Below, one piece after another: positions 50,855 to 62,025 of a stretch of DNA of 64,000 nt. Positions within the stretch are counted from its first letter, which is position 1. Each line of letters starts with the position of its first letter. Below the pieces are notes generated by a model. That model saw only the letters and a program-made list of their open reading frames with translations, had not been told where the DNA came from and searched no databases. The DNA comes from a virus (lineage: Duplodnaviria > Heunggongvirae > Uroviricota > Caudoviricetes), in IMG/VR virus record IMGVR_UViG_3300021426_000065, positions 103,173 through 167,172 of that record; one strand, 5' to 3'. A program made the translations under genes and the position numbers.

Positions 50855-51454
50855 ATGAAGTATCTTAAACATTTCGGAGATCAATTTAAAAAGGTTGCAA
50901 TGGATCCAAACGCTACTCGTAGCTCTGCACTTCTTGAGCCCATGCATACAGAAATTGCAAAACAAGTAGAATCATATGGTTTTCAGACACGGAGTTTAAA
51001 AAATAAAGAATATGAATTTATTGGGCCATATGGTAGTAAAAAATTAGATATTGGTATTTTTAAAAATGGAAAACTGGTTGGTGCAATTATGTTCAAAGGA
51101 ATTAGAAGCGAGTATAATAAAAATGCTAATAATTATTTTGAAGGAATGCGTGGAGAAAGTCAATTACTAATTGATGGCGGTATTCCGGTATATCAAATTA
51201 TGTTAATTCCTACCAAAGTAAAGCATAAAAATAATAGTAATATAGTATTTGAAATTCCAGCCGAGAAATATAGTATTAATTATAGTAACTATATCAATAG
51301 TAAATATAAACCAAATAAATTAAAGGTCGGAGTATATTACGTAGACGTTAATTATAATACATATGAAGTAAATTATTCTAATAAAAAAATTTTAGGGGTT
51401 GAAGACACCATAGAAGAAGGTATTAAAAATTTTATAGACTCACTTGGAGAGTGA
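50855..51454 (+). CDS. Hypothetical protein, possibly a restriction-endonuclease-like partner of the adjacent methyltransferase.
   Basis: Adjacent to and overlapping the MTase start. Possible D...K fold, not verified. Confidence 0.3.
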   Translation: MKYLKHFGDQFKKVAMDPNATRSSALLEPMHTEIAKQVESYGFQTRSLKNKEYEFIGPYGSKKLDIGIFKNGKLVGAIMFKGIRSEYNKNANNYFEGMRGESQLLIDGGIPVYQIMLIPTKVKHKNNSNIVFEIPAEKYSINYSNYINSKYKPNKLKVGVYYVDVNYNTYEVNYSNKKILGVEDTIEEGIKNFIDSLGE

Positions 51455-52640
51455 TATAAATATGGATAAAATTAAACAATTGGGCCAAGTCATGACTCCT
51501 ACAAATATCGTCAATCATATGATTGACGTTCTTTGTTTATCGGAAGAAGAAATAAAAACTAAATTATTTCTAGATAATAGTTGTGGAAATGGAAATTTTA
51601 TTAAAGCATTAATTAATATAGGTGTTCCTCCTACTCATATATATGCTTGTGACATAGATAAAGAAATTAGCCAGCTAGTTATCTCTTTAATTCCAAAAAA
51701 TAATTTCTATTTAGGATCTGCATTTGATAAAATTGATTGGTTTAATAAATTTGATTATGTTATAGGGAATCCTCCATATGTACGGATACATAATCTAGAT
51801 ACTAATTTAAAAGAATTTTTAAAGATAAACTATAGTACTTGTACGGGAATGTTTGATCTATATTATGCTTTTTATGAATTAGGATTACAATTTTTAAATG
51901 ATAAAGGTACTTTATTGTATATTACTCCAAATAGTTTTATTAAAAATATTTCTGGAAAAAAATTAAGAGAACTCATAGAAAATAAAACAAATCTTTGGTA
52001 TTTTGAAGATTTTGAACATCAAAATAATTTTAATAATTATTCAACTTATACATGTATTGTAGGATTAAGTAGTATAAAAGAAAAAATACCAATTCCTTGG
52101 AGTATTACTCGTAATAAGATTGGTTTAAGTTTTTCGTCTCTACAAAATGGTATCGCGACATTAGCTGATAAAATTTTTATACAAAATGATTTTTCTTTCT
52201 TAGAATCAGAATTAATTCACCCAATATTAAAAGCTTCTACCGGTGAAAAAAAATATGTAATTGTTCCGCCTAAAACAGAAGAAGAATTAAAAAAATTTCC
52301 TAAAACTTATGAATATTTAAATAATAATAAAAATAAATTATTAGCTCGTGCAATTACCGGAAAGACTCAATGGTTTGAATTTGGGCGTTCACAAGGGCTA
52401 GCTAATATGAATAATGAGAAAATTGCAATTCCAACCACTGTTTCATTTAATGAGTTAAAAACTTATAGATTACCAAAAAATTATTATGTATATTCAGGAT
52501 TATATGCAACAGCAGAAAATTTAGATAAATTAGAAAATGAATTACATGATGAAAATTTATTGGATTATTTAATAAATAACGGTAAACCTATGCAAGGAAA
52601 TTACGTACAAATTAGTTCAACCTTATTAAAAAATTATTAA
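51444..52640 (+). CDS. N6-adenine DNA methyltransferase (gamma-class).
   Basis: Motif I LDNSCGNGNF and motif IV VIGNPPYV. Confidence 0.7.
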   Translation: MESDINMDKIKQLGQVMTPTNIVNHMIDVLCLSEEEIKTKLFLDNSCGNGNFIKALINIGVPPTHIYACDIDKEISQLVISLIPKNNFYLGSAFDKIDWFNKFDYVIGNPPYVRIHNLDTNLKEFLKINYSTCTGMFDLYYAFYELGLQFLNDKGTLLYITPNSFIKNISGKKLRELIENKTNLWYFEDFEHQNNFNNYSTYTCIVGLSSIKEKIPIPWSITRNKIGLSFSSLQNGIATLADKIFIQNDFSFLESELIHPILKASTGEKKYVIVPPKTEEELKKFPKTYEYLNNNKNKLLARAITGKTQWFEFGRSQGLANMNNEKIAIPTTVSFNELKTYRLPKNYYVYSGLYATAENLDKLENELHDENLLDYLINNGKPMQGNYVQISSTLLKNY

Positions 52641-52655
52641 GTCAAGTTAAATAAC

Positions 52656-52684
52656 TTGACTTTTTCTTTAATTTATGATATAAT
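52656..52684 (+). promoter_or_regulatory. Sigma-70 consensus promoter overlapping a terminator hairpin.
   Basis: TTGACT 52656-52661, TATAAT 52679-52684. Hairpin gtcaagtt-aaat-aacttgac upstream. Confidence 0.5.
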
Positions 52685-52712
52685 TAAATGAAAGAAAAGG
52701 AGGATTGATATA

Positions 52713-54584
52713 GTGGCTTATGATGCAAATTCAATTCAAGTAAGAGACTTTCGCACTGCGGCGAGGACAACTCCTGGCATGTATATTGGTGCTGATGGGC
52801 AAGACGCAGTTTTTAATTGTTTTCTTGAAATTTTAAATAATTCTTGTGATGAGGCTATTATGGGCCGCGGCGATAAGATTGAAGTGCTTGTAATGCCCAA
52901 TGAAATTACAATTTCTGATGCGGGTGCTGGTGTTCCTCGCGGTCCCAATAAAGATTGTGAAGAAGTTCTAATTGAGTTATATACCTCTGCTCATAGCTCT
53001 GGGAAATTTGATACTAAAAATTATTCGCGCGTTCGCGGTATGCACGGCGTCGGTGCTTCTACTGTATGCGTTTGTTCAAAGCAATTTACAGTATGGACAC
53101 GGCGTGATGGTGCAGAATGGGAGCTTACATTTATAGATGGTATTCCACAAAATCCAGTAGCTAAGCAAGTAAGAAAGACAAAAGAAACGGGGACTACAAT
53201 ATATTTTAAGCCCGATAAAAGTATTTTTCATATTGATGATGCTACACCTGCTTTTGATATAGATAGAATAAAAGATGAATTAGAACTAACTAGTTATTTT
53301 ATTCCTAATGTTAGTTTTATATTAATTGATGGCACTAATGACAAGCGTTTTACTTATTTATCAAAGAATGGCTTAAAAGATTTCGCCGCGGCAAAAATTT
53401 CAAATCCACTACATAAAAATTATATCTATGCTAATAAACATTTTGAAGATAATGTTGATATTGAAGTTTTCGCGCAATGGACCGCGGGAAAAGAAAAAAG
53501 TTATGTATTTTCCAATGGCGCATTAAATAGTGGCGGCGGCACTCCAATCACAGGTATGAAAACTGCTTTTACGCGCACTATTAATGACCAGTCCAAAGAA
53601 TCATTTGATAGTGATATGATTCGTAAGGGCTTAGTAACAATTATTAATATCAAACATCCACATCCAATATATCAGAATCAGGTTAAAGATAAAATTCAGA
53701 ACCAAGAACTTCGTGGTTATACTCAAACTGTTTTCACCGAAGCGATTAAAGATTGGATTGTAAAGAATAGAGAAGATTTTGATAAGATTATTGCTTTACT
53801 TGCACGCGATAAGAAGGCTGAGGCCGCAGCTGAAAAAGCACGTCAGGGTGTTCTCAATTTTGAGAAGAAAGAGATAGAACATAAGAAACAAAAAATTACT
53901 TCCTCTGATAAGTTCAAAGATTGTGAAAAGCATGGCCAAGATTCTATGCTTATTATCTGTGAAGGTAATTCTGCTCTTGGCGGTCTGATGCCCGCGCGTG
54001 ATGTTAATAAGGAAGCATTATATGCTGTGCGCGGTAAGGTTAAGAATCTATTGAAGCATCCGCTTGATGAATGCCTTGAAAACCAAGAAGTATCTGATAT
54101 TATTATGGCGCTTGGATGCGGTATTCAAGAAAAGTATAATAGTAAAAAATTAAATTATGGCAAGGTCGCGATTGCAACAGATGCTGATGTTGATGGATAT
54201 TCTATTATGTGTCTAATTGCAACTTTATTTCATACACTAATGCCTTCGTTTGTAATGGAAGGTCGTCTATGTTGGCTTCGCGCCCCGCTTTATAAAATTG
54301 AAAAAGGCAATCAAAAATTATTTGCTTATGATGATAATGAACTTGCTTCTATTAGAAAAGGTCGTGAAAATTGGGATATCACAAGGGCAAAAGGGTTGGG
54401 AGAACTGAGCGCAGATGATATGGAAAAGTCAATGCTCCATCCAACCGAGCGACGTCTTGAAGTTCTTACTATTCATGATGTTGAAGCCGCGGCTGAAAGT
54501 ATTATGATGCTAATGGGGCCAGAAGTTGAAGGCAGACGTGATTTCCTGTTTGAAAATGTTGATTTCAGCATTTTGAATAGGTGA
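52713..54584 (+). CDS. Type II DNA topoisomerase ATPase and TOPRIM subunit (GyrB or T4 gp39-like).
   Basis: GHKL motifs, NNSCDEA, TOPRIM EGNSA/DADVDG. Confidence 0.7.
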   Translation: MAYDANSIQVRDFRTAARTTPGMYIGADGQDAVFNCFLEILNNSCDEAIMGRGDKIEVLVMPNEITISDAGAGVPRGPNKDCEEVLIELYTSAHSSGKFDTKNYSRVRGMHGVGASTVCVCSKQFTVWTRRDGAEWELTFIDGIPQNPVAKQVRKTKETGTTIYFKPDKSIFHIDDATPAFDIDRIKDELELTSYFIPNVSFILIDGTNDKRFTYLSKNGLKDFAAAKISNPLHKNYIYANKHFEDNVDIEVFAQWTAGKEKSYVFSNGALNSGGGTPITGMKTAFTRTINDQSKESFDSDMIRKGLVTIINIKHPHPIYQNQVKDKIQNQELRGYTQTVFTEAIKDWIVKNREDFDKIIALLARDKKAEAAAEKARQGVLNFEKKEIEHKKQKITSSDKFKDCEKHGQDSMLIICEGNSALGGLMPARDVNKEALYAVRGKVKNLLKHPLDECLENQEVSDIIMALGCGIQEKYNSKKLNYGKVAIATDADVDGYSIMCLIATLFHTLMPSFVMEGRLCWLRAPLYKIEKGNQKLFAYDDNELASIRKGRENWDITRAKGLGELSADDMEKSMLHPTERRLEVLTIHDVEAAAESIMMLMGPEVEGRRDFLFENVDFSILNR

Positions 54585-55476
54585 TAAAAATGAATAAAGA
54601 AAATATTGTAGGACGATTTCACGGAAAAGAAGTATATGTGGTGCCAGATAAGAAATTAGATACAATCATTTTACCAGAATCATTGGCTAAATATATATTA
54701 GAATTACAAGATAATACAATTAAAAATGTAAATCAAACTCATCGAGGTAAACGCAGTAATCTTATAGGTTTTGTTAATAATAATTAGATTATTTGGTTTA
54801 ATATTTTGACTAATGAAATAGATAGAATAGAACAATTTGATGGGTGAAGTATGAAACTTATAATTTTAAAAATTACAGAGCCACATGGCTGGGTAATAGC
54901 TAATACCATTTGCGAAAAATATCCTTCATTTATAAAAGTCAATTATAGTGATGAAATATTTATTAATTCATTAACAGTTCCACAAACCACTTCATTAGAG
55001 GAGCTAAGTCAGGCCATAAAATATTGGTTTACTATAAGATTTAAAGAAAATAAACACTTATTAATATTAACTAATAAAACAGAAGAAGAGAATGTTAAGT
55101 TAATTGAAGTATTAAATAATATTAATTTAGATAATTATTGTATATTAATTTGTAACGATTTTATGAAAAAATATTTTAATAACAATTGACTTATTCCAAA
55201 ATTTATAATATAATATATTTATAAAAAGGAGAGAAATAAAATGGATAAAAATAATTCTACTAGTAGTGGTATTGGCTTTACTGGCCTACTTACAATAGTC
55301 TTTATTGTATTAAAACTATGTCATGTTATAGAATGGTCTTGGCTTTGGGTTCTTGCGCCTCTGTGGATTTCAACTATACTTGGATTAATTATTGTAATTA
55401 TCTATGCTATAATAGTAACAAAATAATTGACAATAATAAAAATTTATGATATAATATAAGAAATAAAGAAAAGGAA

Positions 55477-57864
55477 GTGAACCCATTGATTAAAGAAGTA
55501 GACTTCCAAAAAACTACTGAAAGTGCATTTTTAGCCTATGCCGCATCAGTTGCGCAGGAACGAGCAATTCCAGATGTAAGAGATATGCTTAAAATCGGTT
55601 TGCGGCAAGGTTTGTATGCACAATTTACAAATAAACTTACATATAAAGATAAGTATCAGAAAGCACAGAAAAGTGTTGCCGCAGCCATGACGCAATCATA
55701 TGTCCATGGTGATGTCGCGATGTATGATACATTTATTCGCGCAGCCCGCCCTTGGTCTTATCGTTATCCTCTTGAAGCGGTTCAAGGTAACTATGGTAAT
55801 CCATCTTCACCAGATAGCCACGCGGCCGCGCGTTATGTAGAAATGAAGGCGGCAGAAACCGCGAATATTCTTTTTGATGGATTAAAAAAGAACGCAATTG
55901 GAAATCAGAAATATTGGAATTATGATGATACAGAAGAAATTCCGTCTGTATTTCCTTCAATTGGATTTTGGAATATTGTAAATGGATGCTCTGGTATTGC
56001 GGTCGCTATGGCGACCTCTGTCCCGCAGTTTAATTTACGCGAAGTAAATGAAGCGCTTATTAAAATTATTCAAAATCCAGATATAGATTTTAATGAAATC
56101 TATTGTAAGCCCGACTTTGCAACTGGTGGCACAATTATAAATGCCGCGCAAGTAAAAGAAAGTCTACGTATTGGTAAGGGCGAATCAATTCGTTTACGCG
56201 CGAAGCTTGAATATTTTCCTGACCAGAATATGATTCAGGCAACAGAGCTACCATATGGTGTATTTACAAATACAGTAATTGACCAACTCGCGGCAGTAAC
56301 TAGTGAAAATGAAAGTTATGGAATTGAGCGCGTTGTAGACCATACAAAGAAAACCGCGGACATTCGTATTTATCTAACGAAGGGCACGAATCCAAGTAAG
56401 ATGATAGCAAAATTATATAAGGATACCTCATTAGAAAATTGGTATTCTGTAAATATGATTTTACTAGACCAGGGCAGATTTCCTAGACTATTTGGTTGGC
56501 GTGCGGCGTGCGATGCGTATATTGCACATATTCGTGAATGCGAACGCAATATCATTCAATTTGATTTAGATAAAGCCCTCGCGCGAAAAAATATCGTAGA
56601 TGGTTTAATTAAAGCATATTCAATTATTGATGAAGTTGTAGCACTTATTCGCGCATCTTCAAATCCAACCGAGGCCGCGGGAAAACTAATTTCAAAATAT
56701 GATTTTAATGAAGAGCAAGCCAAAGCAATTCTCGCTATGAAACTTTCTTCATTAACAAAATTAGATATAGTAAAGTTGAATAACGAGGCCGAAGAACTTA
56801 TTGAAAAAATTGAGTGGTGTCACCACTTATTAAATGATTCTACGGCTTTGGATAATGAATTAATTAAAATTTTGCGTGATGTTGCTACTAAATTTGGTGA
56901 TGAACGTAGAACAAAGATACTAAATATAGTAGAACAAGATGACGAATCAGCCGAACCAATTGAAGAAAAAGAATTGGGGATTATGTTATTTGACAATAAC
57001 ATGATTCGTCTAATTGAAAAAGATAACCTTCAAGGCGCGAAACGTGGCAGGAAGGGCATTAATATTAAGCCGCCAAAGAATGCGAATCTAATTAATACTT
57101 TGTATTCCACAAATCTTGGCACAATTGCAGCATTTACTGACCGCGGCAGAATGTATAGCTTCTCACTTGGAGACTTAGATACAGATAAAGATTATTCTAT
57201 TTATGAATTAATCGCGCTTCAAGATGATGAAAAGCCAATTCTATTAATTGATACAACTTCTTTAAACGCATATAAATATCTTATTACGATAAGTAAAAAT
57301 GGATTTATTAAAAAGACGTTGATTAAGGAATATAATAGTAGGAATAAGAAAGGTTTAGTCGCGGTAAAAATTGAAGATGATGATACACTTATAGGCGTAT
57401 ATCTATCTCATTCTGATAATGATAAAGTATTTGTTGGCAACGTAAATGGTTCTTATAATTATTATAATCTATCAGAAGTAAGCTCTACTGGACGCGCAAC
57501 GAAGGGCGTTAAAGCAATTAAATTAAGTAAAGATGAATATGTATCATGCGCTGCACTTATTAGAGAAAATATTACATATCGTGGCTTACTAACAATTTCT
57601 AGTTCTGGGCGTGGAAAAATTACTGAACTTGAAGAGTTTTCAGAAACTGCGCGTGGAGCAAAGGGCGCGGCAGTAATGAACTTAAAAGATGAACAACTCG
57701 CAGCAATGTGCGCAATTACAGATGAAATGGAAAAGATTTTCGTAACAGCTAATAATAAAGCGGTTCTGCTTGAAATAAATAGTATTCCAGTACAGGGCCG
57801 CAATACCGCTGGCGTTCAAATTATAGATGCGCGTAATTCTAATGCCGCAATTAAGATTATGTGA
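55477..57864 (+). CDS. Type II DNA topoisomerase DNA-cleavage subunit (GyrA or T4 gp52-like).
   Basis: Motif YVHGDVAMYDTFIRAARPWSYRYPLEAVQGNYGN. Confidence 0.7.
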   Translation: MNPLIKEVDFQKTTESAFLAYAASVAQERAIPDVRDMLKIGLRQGLYAQFTNKLTYKDKYQKAQKSVAAAMTQSYVHGDVAMYDTFIRAARPWSYRYPLEAVQGNYGNPSSPDSHAAARYVEMKAAETANILFDGLKKNAIGNQKYWNYDDTEEIPSVFPSIGFWNIVNGCSGIAVAMATSVPQFNLREVNEALIKIIQNPDIDFNEIYCKPDFATGGTIINAAQVKESLRIGKGESIRLRAKLEYFPDQNMIQATELPYGVFTNTVIDQLAAVTSENESYGIERVVDHTKKTADIRIYLTKGTNPSKMIAKLYKDTSLENWYSVNMILLDQGRFPRLFGWRAACDAYIAHIRECERNIIQFDLDKALARKNIVDGLIKAYSIIDEVVALIRASSNPTEAAGKLISKYDFNEEQAKAILAMKLSSLTKLDIVKLNNEAEELIEKIEWCHHLLNDSTALDNELIKILRDVATKFGDERRTKILNIVEQDDESAEPIEEKELGIMLFDNNMIRLIEKDNLQGAKRGRKGINIKPPKNANLINTLYSTNLGTIAAFTDRGRMYSFSLGDLDTDKDYSIYELIALQDDEKPILLIDTTSLNAYKYLITISKNGFIKKTLIKEYNSRNKKGLVAVKIEDDDTLIGVYLSHSDNDKVFVGNVNGSYNYYNLSEVSSTGRATKGVKAIKLSKDEYVSCAALIRENITYRGLLTISSSGRGKITELEEFSETARGAKGAAVMNLKDEQLAAMCAITDEMEKIFVTANNKAVLLEINSIPVQGRNTAGVQIIDARNSNAAIKIM

Positions 57865-58428
57865 GGTTAATAAAATGAAGAAAGAATATCAAGATTTATT
57901 TGTAGAGATGGCTCTATCAGCCGCGACATTGGCTGAAAGGGTTATGGACTATGATAAAAAGAAAAATGACAATAAAGGTTATGAAGTCGCTGAATCTATG
58001 CGTGATGATTATTTGGAACTTCATGGCAGACTAAAAGACGGTGGTATGCCTACTTATAATGATTATACAAAGCTACTTGCTGCGGCTTATATGATTACTA
58101 ATAATCTACAAGACCAAGTAACCATGTATCAAAAAGCAATTAATGGATATAAAACAGATACTATTCCTAAACTTTCTAGAATTATGGATGAAACGAAAAA
58201 TAATTCTGACGAATTTGAAAAATTAGTCCATCAATTATTTGACTAAAATAAAAATTCATGATATAATATAAATGTAAAGAAGAGCAAATGAAAATTCTTA
58301 AATATAAAACAGAATTAAATATTTGACTATTCTTTAAAAGTATGATATAATATGTATATAAAGAGGGAAGGGAAAACCTACCGCTTTAATATAAATAAAA
58401 TAAATAAATTTTTTAAAACAAAAGGAGA

Positions 58429-58797
58429 ATGATTATTATGACTCAGAATTCAGAACTCGTGCTAAATTATCTAAAGAAGAACTATGGTAGCGAATTTTCT
58501 AAGGCCCAGATTGCTGAGGCACTAGGTATTTCCGTTCCCGCCGTCACCGGTAGTCTAAATAGTCTAATTAAGAAGGGCTATGCAAGAAACACCCGCAGTG
58601 AGGAAGTTGTTGTAACCGAAGCCACTGAAACCCGTAAGGCCCAGATTAAGAACGTTCTATATCACACTCTAACCGAAGCTGGCCTATCTTATGACCCCGT
58701 TGCCGAGGAAGCCGAGAAGCTAGCGGCTAAGGAAGCCGCGAAGGCTGCTCGTGCCGCTGAGCGCGCTGCTGCCAAGGCCGCGAAGGAAAACGCCTAA
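58429..58797 (+). CDS. HTH protein with a C-terminal AKAA-repeat tail, histone-like.
   Basis: wHTH N terminus and C-terminal AAKEAAKAARAAERAAAKAAKE. Confidence 0.5.
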   Translation: MIIMTQNSELVLNYLKKNYGSEFSKAQIAEALGISVPAVTGSLNSLIKKGYARNTRSEEVVVTEATETRKAQIKNVLYHTLTEAGLSYDPVAEEAEKLAAKEAAKAARAAERAAAKAAKENA

Positions 58798-58886
58798 TTA
58801 TCTAACCCACCAGCGTGGGAACAGTTTCTGTGAACGTAAAACGTTTACTGTGGACGGTTCCAAAAAGGAACCGTCCATTTTAAAAA

Positions 58887-58915
58887 TTGACAGAAAATAA
58901 AAATTATAGTATAAT
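58887..58915 (+). promoter_or_regulatory. Sigma-70 consensus promoter with a perfect TTGACA -35.
   Basis: TTGACA 58887-58892, TATAAT 58910-58915, 17-nt spacer. Confidence 0.55.
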
Positions 58916-58945
58916 AAAGAAAAAAGAAAATGGAGAAGAAATAAT

Positions 58946-59836
58946 ATGAAAACACTAATGGATCAATCAACAAATAAGATAACAATTGTAGGCAAGCTTC
59001 TAGATGCAACTTTTAATAGCGGTAAGACCAAGACTGGTGTGCCATATGAGCGCGCAAATATCACAGTCCGTGTGGCTCAGCATTATGGCGACCATGATGA
59101 AGTAAGTGAAATCCCTGTAAGCATGTTTGCTTCTCAGTTCACGCAGAAGGGTACTCTTAATCCCGCGTGGCAGAGCATTTAGGATCTTCGTAAAATGAAG
59201 ACTGCTCAGGATCATGGCATTGACGGCGCGGATACAGTTCGTATTACTGGTGCGAATATTCGTGAAAATAACTTTGTATCCAAGAGTGGCCAGCTAATTA
59301 CCGGTTGGCAGATTAACACTTCTTTCGTTAATGCTGGCAATACTCCCGAAGTCGCATCTTTTATTCTAGATATTTTCATCATGGATATGACTGATGAACT
59401 TGACCGCGATGGCGATCCTACTGGTCGTTTAATTATCAAGGGCGCGCTAGTTCAGTATGGTGGTAAGCTTGATGTTCTACAATTTATTGTAGAAAATCCT
59501 GACGCGGTTGATTATATCAGCAGCCACTGGAATCCAAATGATACAAATACTGTAAAGGGTCGTATTCGTGTAACTTCTACCGAAGAGAAGTCTGCACCTT
59601 CTACAAGCTCTTGGGGCGAAGATGTTCCTGACACCACAACCCGTATGGTGCGTGAACTTATTATCACAAAGGGTGATGATGAAGGCAAAGAAGAAGACTT
59701 CGCGTATGACCCAGTTGAAATTAAGAAAGGGTTTAATGCCCGTAAGGCTGAAATTGAACAGCTACAAATTGATGCAAAGAACAAGAGCGCTGCTCCTGCT
59801 CCTGCCACAACCTCTAATAAGTATACCTGGGAGTAA
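58946..59836 (+). CDS. Putative single-stranded DNA-binding protein with one in-frame TAG.
   Basis: OB-fold-like N terminus KITIVGKL..., acidic C-terminal tail. Track ORFs 58946..59182 and 59195..59836 share a frame across TAG 59180. Confidence 0.45.
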
Positions 59837-59867
59837 TTCTCCCAGGTCATTTTAGGAGGGATGACAT

Positions 59868-61921
59868 ATGGCAAATATTGATATTTTTAATTTAGAGCCA
59901 AGTAAGATTAGCCGCGACCTAAAAGGTAAATTTTTATTGATTTACGGTCAGCCTAAATAATTTGGGCCTTATATAAGCGATTATATAAGATAATTACTGG
60001 AAAAATCTGGAAGCCTGAAATGGCAATCAGAGCGGAAGTTATTCCTTAAAAAGAATAACACGCACAACGATTAGGATAATTAAACATCCAAGGAGGGTTC
60101 TATCTATGGATATTACCGTTATTAAGCAATTATATGAAAACGACAAAAAAAGTTTGGCGTAGTTAAGTAAAGACACAGGAATTAGTGCTTATAGATTAAA
60201 AAAAATTCTACTAGCAGAAGGAATTCACATTAGAAGTAAAGAAGAGCAAAACAAGTATTCTCCATAGAATCAAAGAAAATATAAAATTTATGATGAGTTT
60301 TTTGATAATTTAAATCCAACTAATGTCTATCTTATTGGATTTCTTGCCGCTGATGGTAGTATTCAAAAAGACGGCGGAATAAAAATTGGTTTATCTACTA
60401 TTGATAAATCATTTTTAGAACAAATAAAATTACTACTTAATAGTAATTATCCAATTAGAGATTATATTACTAAAGATGGATTTTCTATTTCAGAATTTAT
60501 TTTTAGAAGTGAAAAAATAAAACAAAAATTAAGTGAATTTGGTATTGTAAATAATAAGACAAAAACCTTTCAGTTTCCTTATAATTTACCAAAAGAATTT
60601 TATATTGACTTTATTCGCGGTTATTTTGATGGGGATGGAACATTTTGTACGGCTGGGCAATATTGTCGAGCTTCATTATGTGGATACAATAAACAATTTT
60701 TACAGGACGTTGTTGATATTCTTGAAAATCAATACAATATTCCAAAAGTAAAAATACAAAAAGATTCACGCGGCAATACTTATTATTTCCAATATTCTCA
60801 AACTTCTGCAAAAAAATTATATGAACTTTTTTATCAAAATCATCCAAAACTTTACTTGACTCGTAAATATGAAAAATGCTTACAACTCTTTGGTGAAATA
60901 ACATCCCACGAGCCAGTAACTTCTCAAGAAGAAGAAAAGATAATCTGACCTTATACGAATAATAAGTATAAGAATTATCGGATAAAAAGCCGATAAGATA
61001 ACATAAGTGAAGACTGGCAAGTCAACATTTGGTTCTTAGTTGCCTCGCGCATTATTCCTTAACTTTGAATAGGGTACAAATGCATTAGCCGGTATTCGCG
61101 GTGTGCCAATTCTTCGTTGGACGGACTTTAAGAAGGTATTAAGTCAGCTACGTAAACCATAGGCACGCGAAATGTATGATAGCATCGTTGTTGATACTGC
61201 TTCTATTGCTTGGCAGCTTTGTGAAGATTATATCAAGCAACGCGAATCAGTCGATTCTATTAGAGACATTCCTTGGGGCCAAGGATGGGGAATGGTTAAG
61301 AATGAGTTCTCTGAATGCTGGCGTGAGATTACCCTACTAGGATTTGGTATCCTATTTATTGCACACAGTAAAGAAAAGCCAACCGAAATGCGAGATGAAG
61401 AGGGTAATCCGATTACTGCGGTCGCGCCAGACCTACCAAATAATGCTTATACAATTATAAATAGTATTGTAGACATTATTGGTTATCTACAAGTTCAAAT
61501 GAACGCGGACGGAACAACAGAGCGTTATTTGTATACACGTTCTACTCCAACGATTTTCGCGGGTTCAAGGTATTAGTATCTAGCACCTAAAATCGCATTT
61601 GGTTATAAGGAGCTTGTAGATGCAATTGGTGAAGCAATTGACCAAGCGGTTACAAAAGACGGAGCAGAAGTAACTGACCATACTGAAATCGCTCAGGTTA
61701 AGGCGCGTCCATTCCAAGAAGTTATGGAAGAAGCTAAGCAAATCTGGATTCATTATTTGGATATGGCTACAAATGATGAAGAAAAAGACCAGCACGCAAA
61801 TATTATGCGAGATATTATTAAACGAGTATTTGGTTCAGAGGATTTCAAACTCAGCCAGGCTGTACCTTCTCAAACTGACCTCGTTGAATTGTTTATAGAT
61901 GAAATGAAAGATTTAATGTAA
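59868..61921 (+). CDS. AAA_24 (Sak4-like) recombination ATPase gene split by a group I intron. Exon 1 is 59868-59954 and exon 2 is 61010-61921. The intron (59955-61009) carries a LAGLIDADG ORF. Exon 2 contains 4 in-frame TAG codons.
   Basis: Exon 1 ends FLLIYGQP. Exon 2 begins KTGKSTFGSQLPRALFLNFEQG, rebuilding the Walker A GQPKTGKS only after splicing. The intron ends in G. A GGGC internal guide lies 9 nt inside the intron, opposite the exon end GCCU. Walker B IVVDTASI follows downstream. Confidence 0.5.
60106..60948 (+). CDS. Intron-encoded LAGLIDADG homing endonuclease with two motifs and 2 in-frame TAG codons.
   Basis: LIGFLAADGS and IRGYFDGDGT. Shine-Dalgarno AAGGAGGG then ATG 60106. 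Confidence 0.7.
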
Positions 61922-61941
61922 GCTTATCTGCTATGCGGAGA

Positions 61942-61975
61942 GGACGTTTCAAATTAAGAAACGTCCTTGTTTTAT
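61942..61975 (+). terminator. Rho-independent terminator.
   Basis: Stem ggacgtttc-aaattaa-gaaacgtcc followed by a T-rich tail. Confidence 0.55.
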
Positions 61976-62025
61976 TTGACTTTCTTTTAAACTTGTGTTA
62001 TAATAATTATAGAGGTGAAATATAA

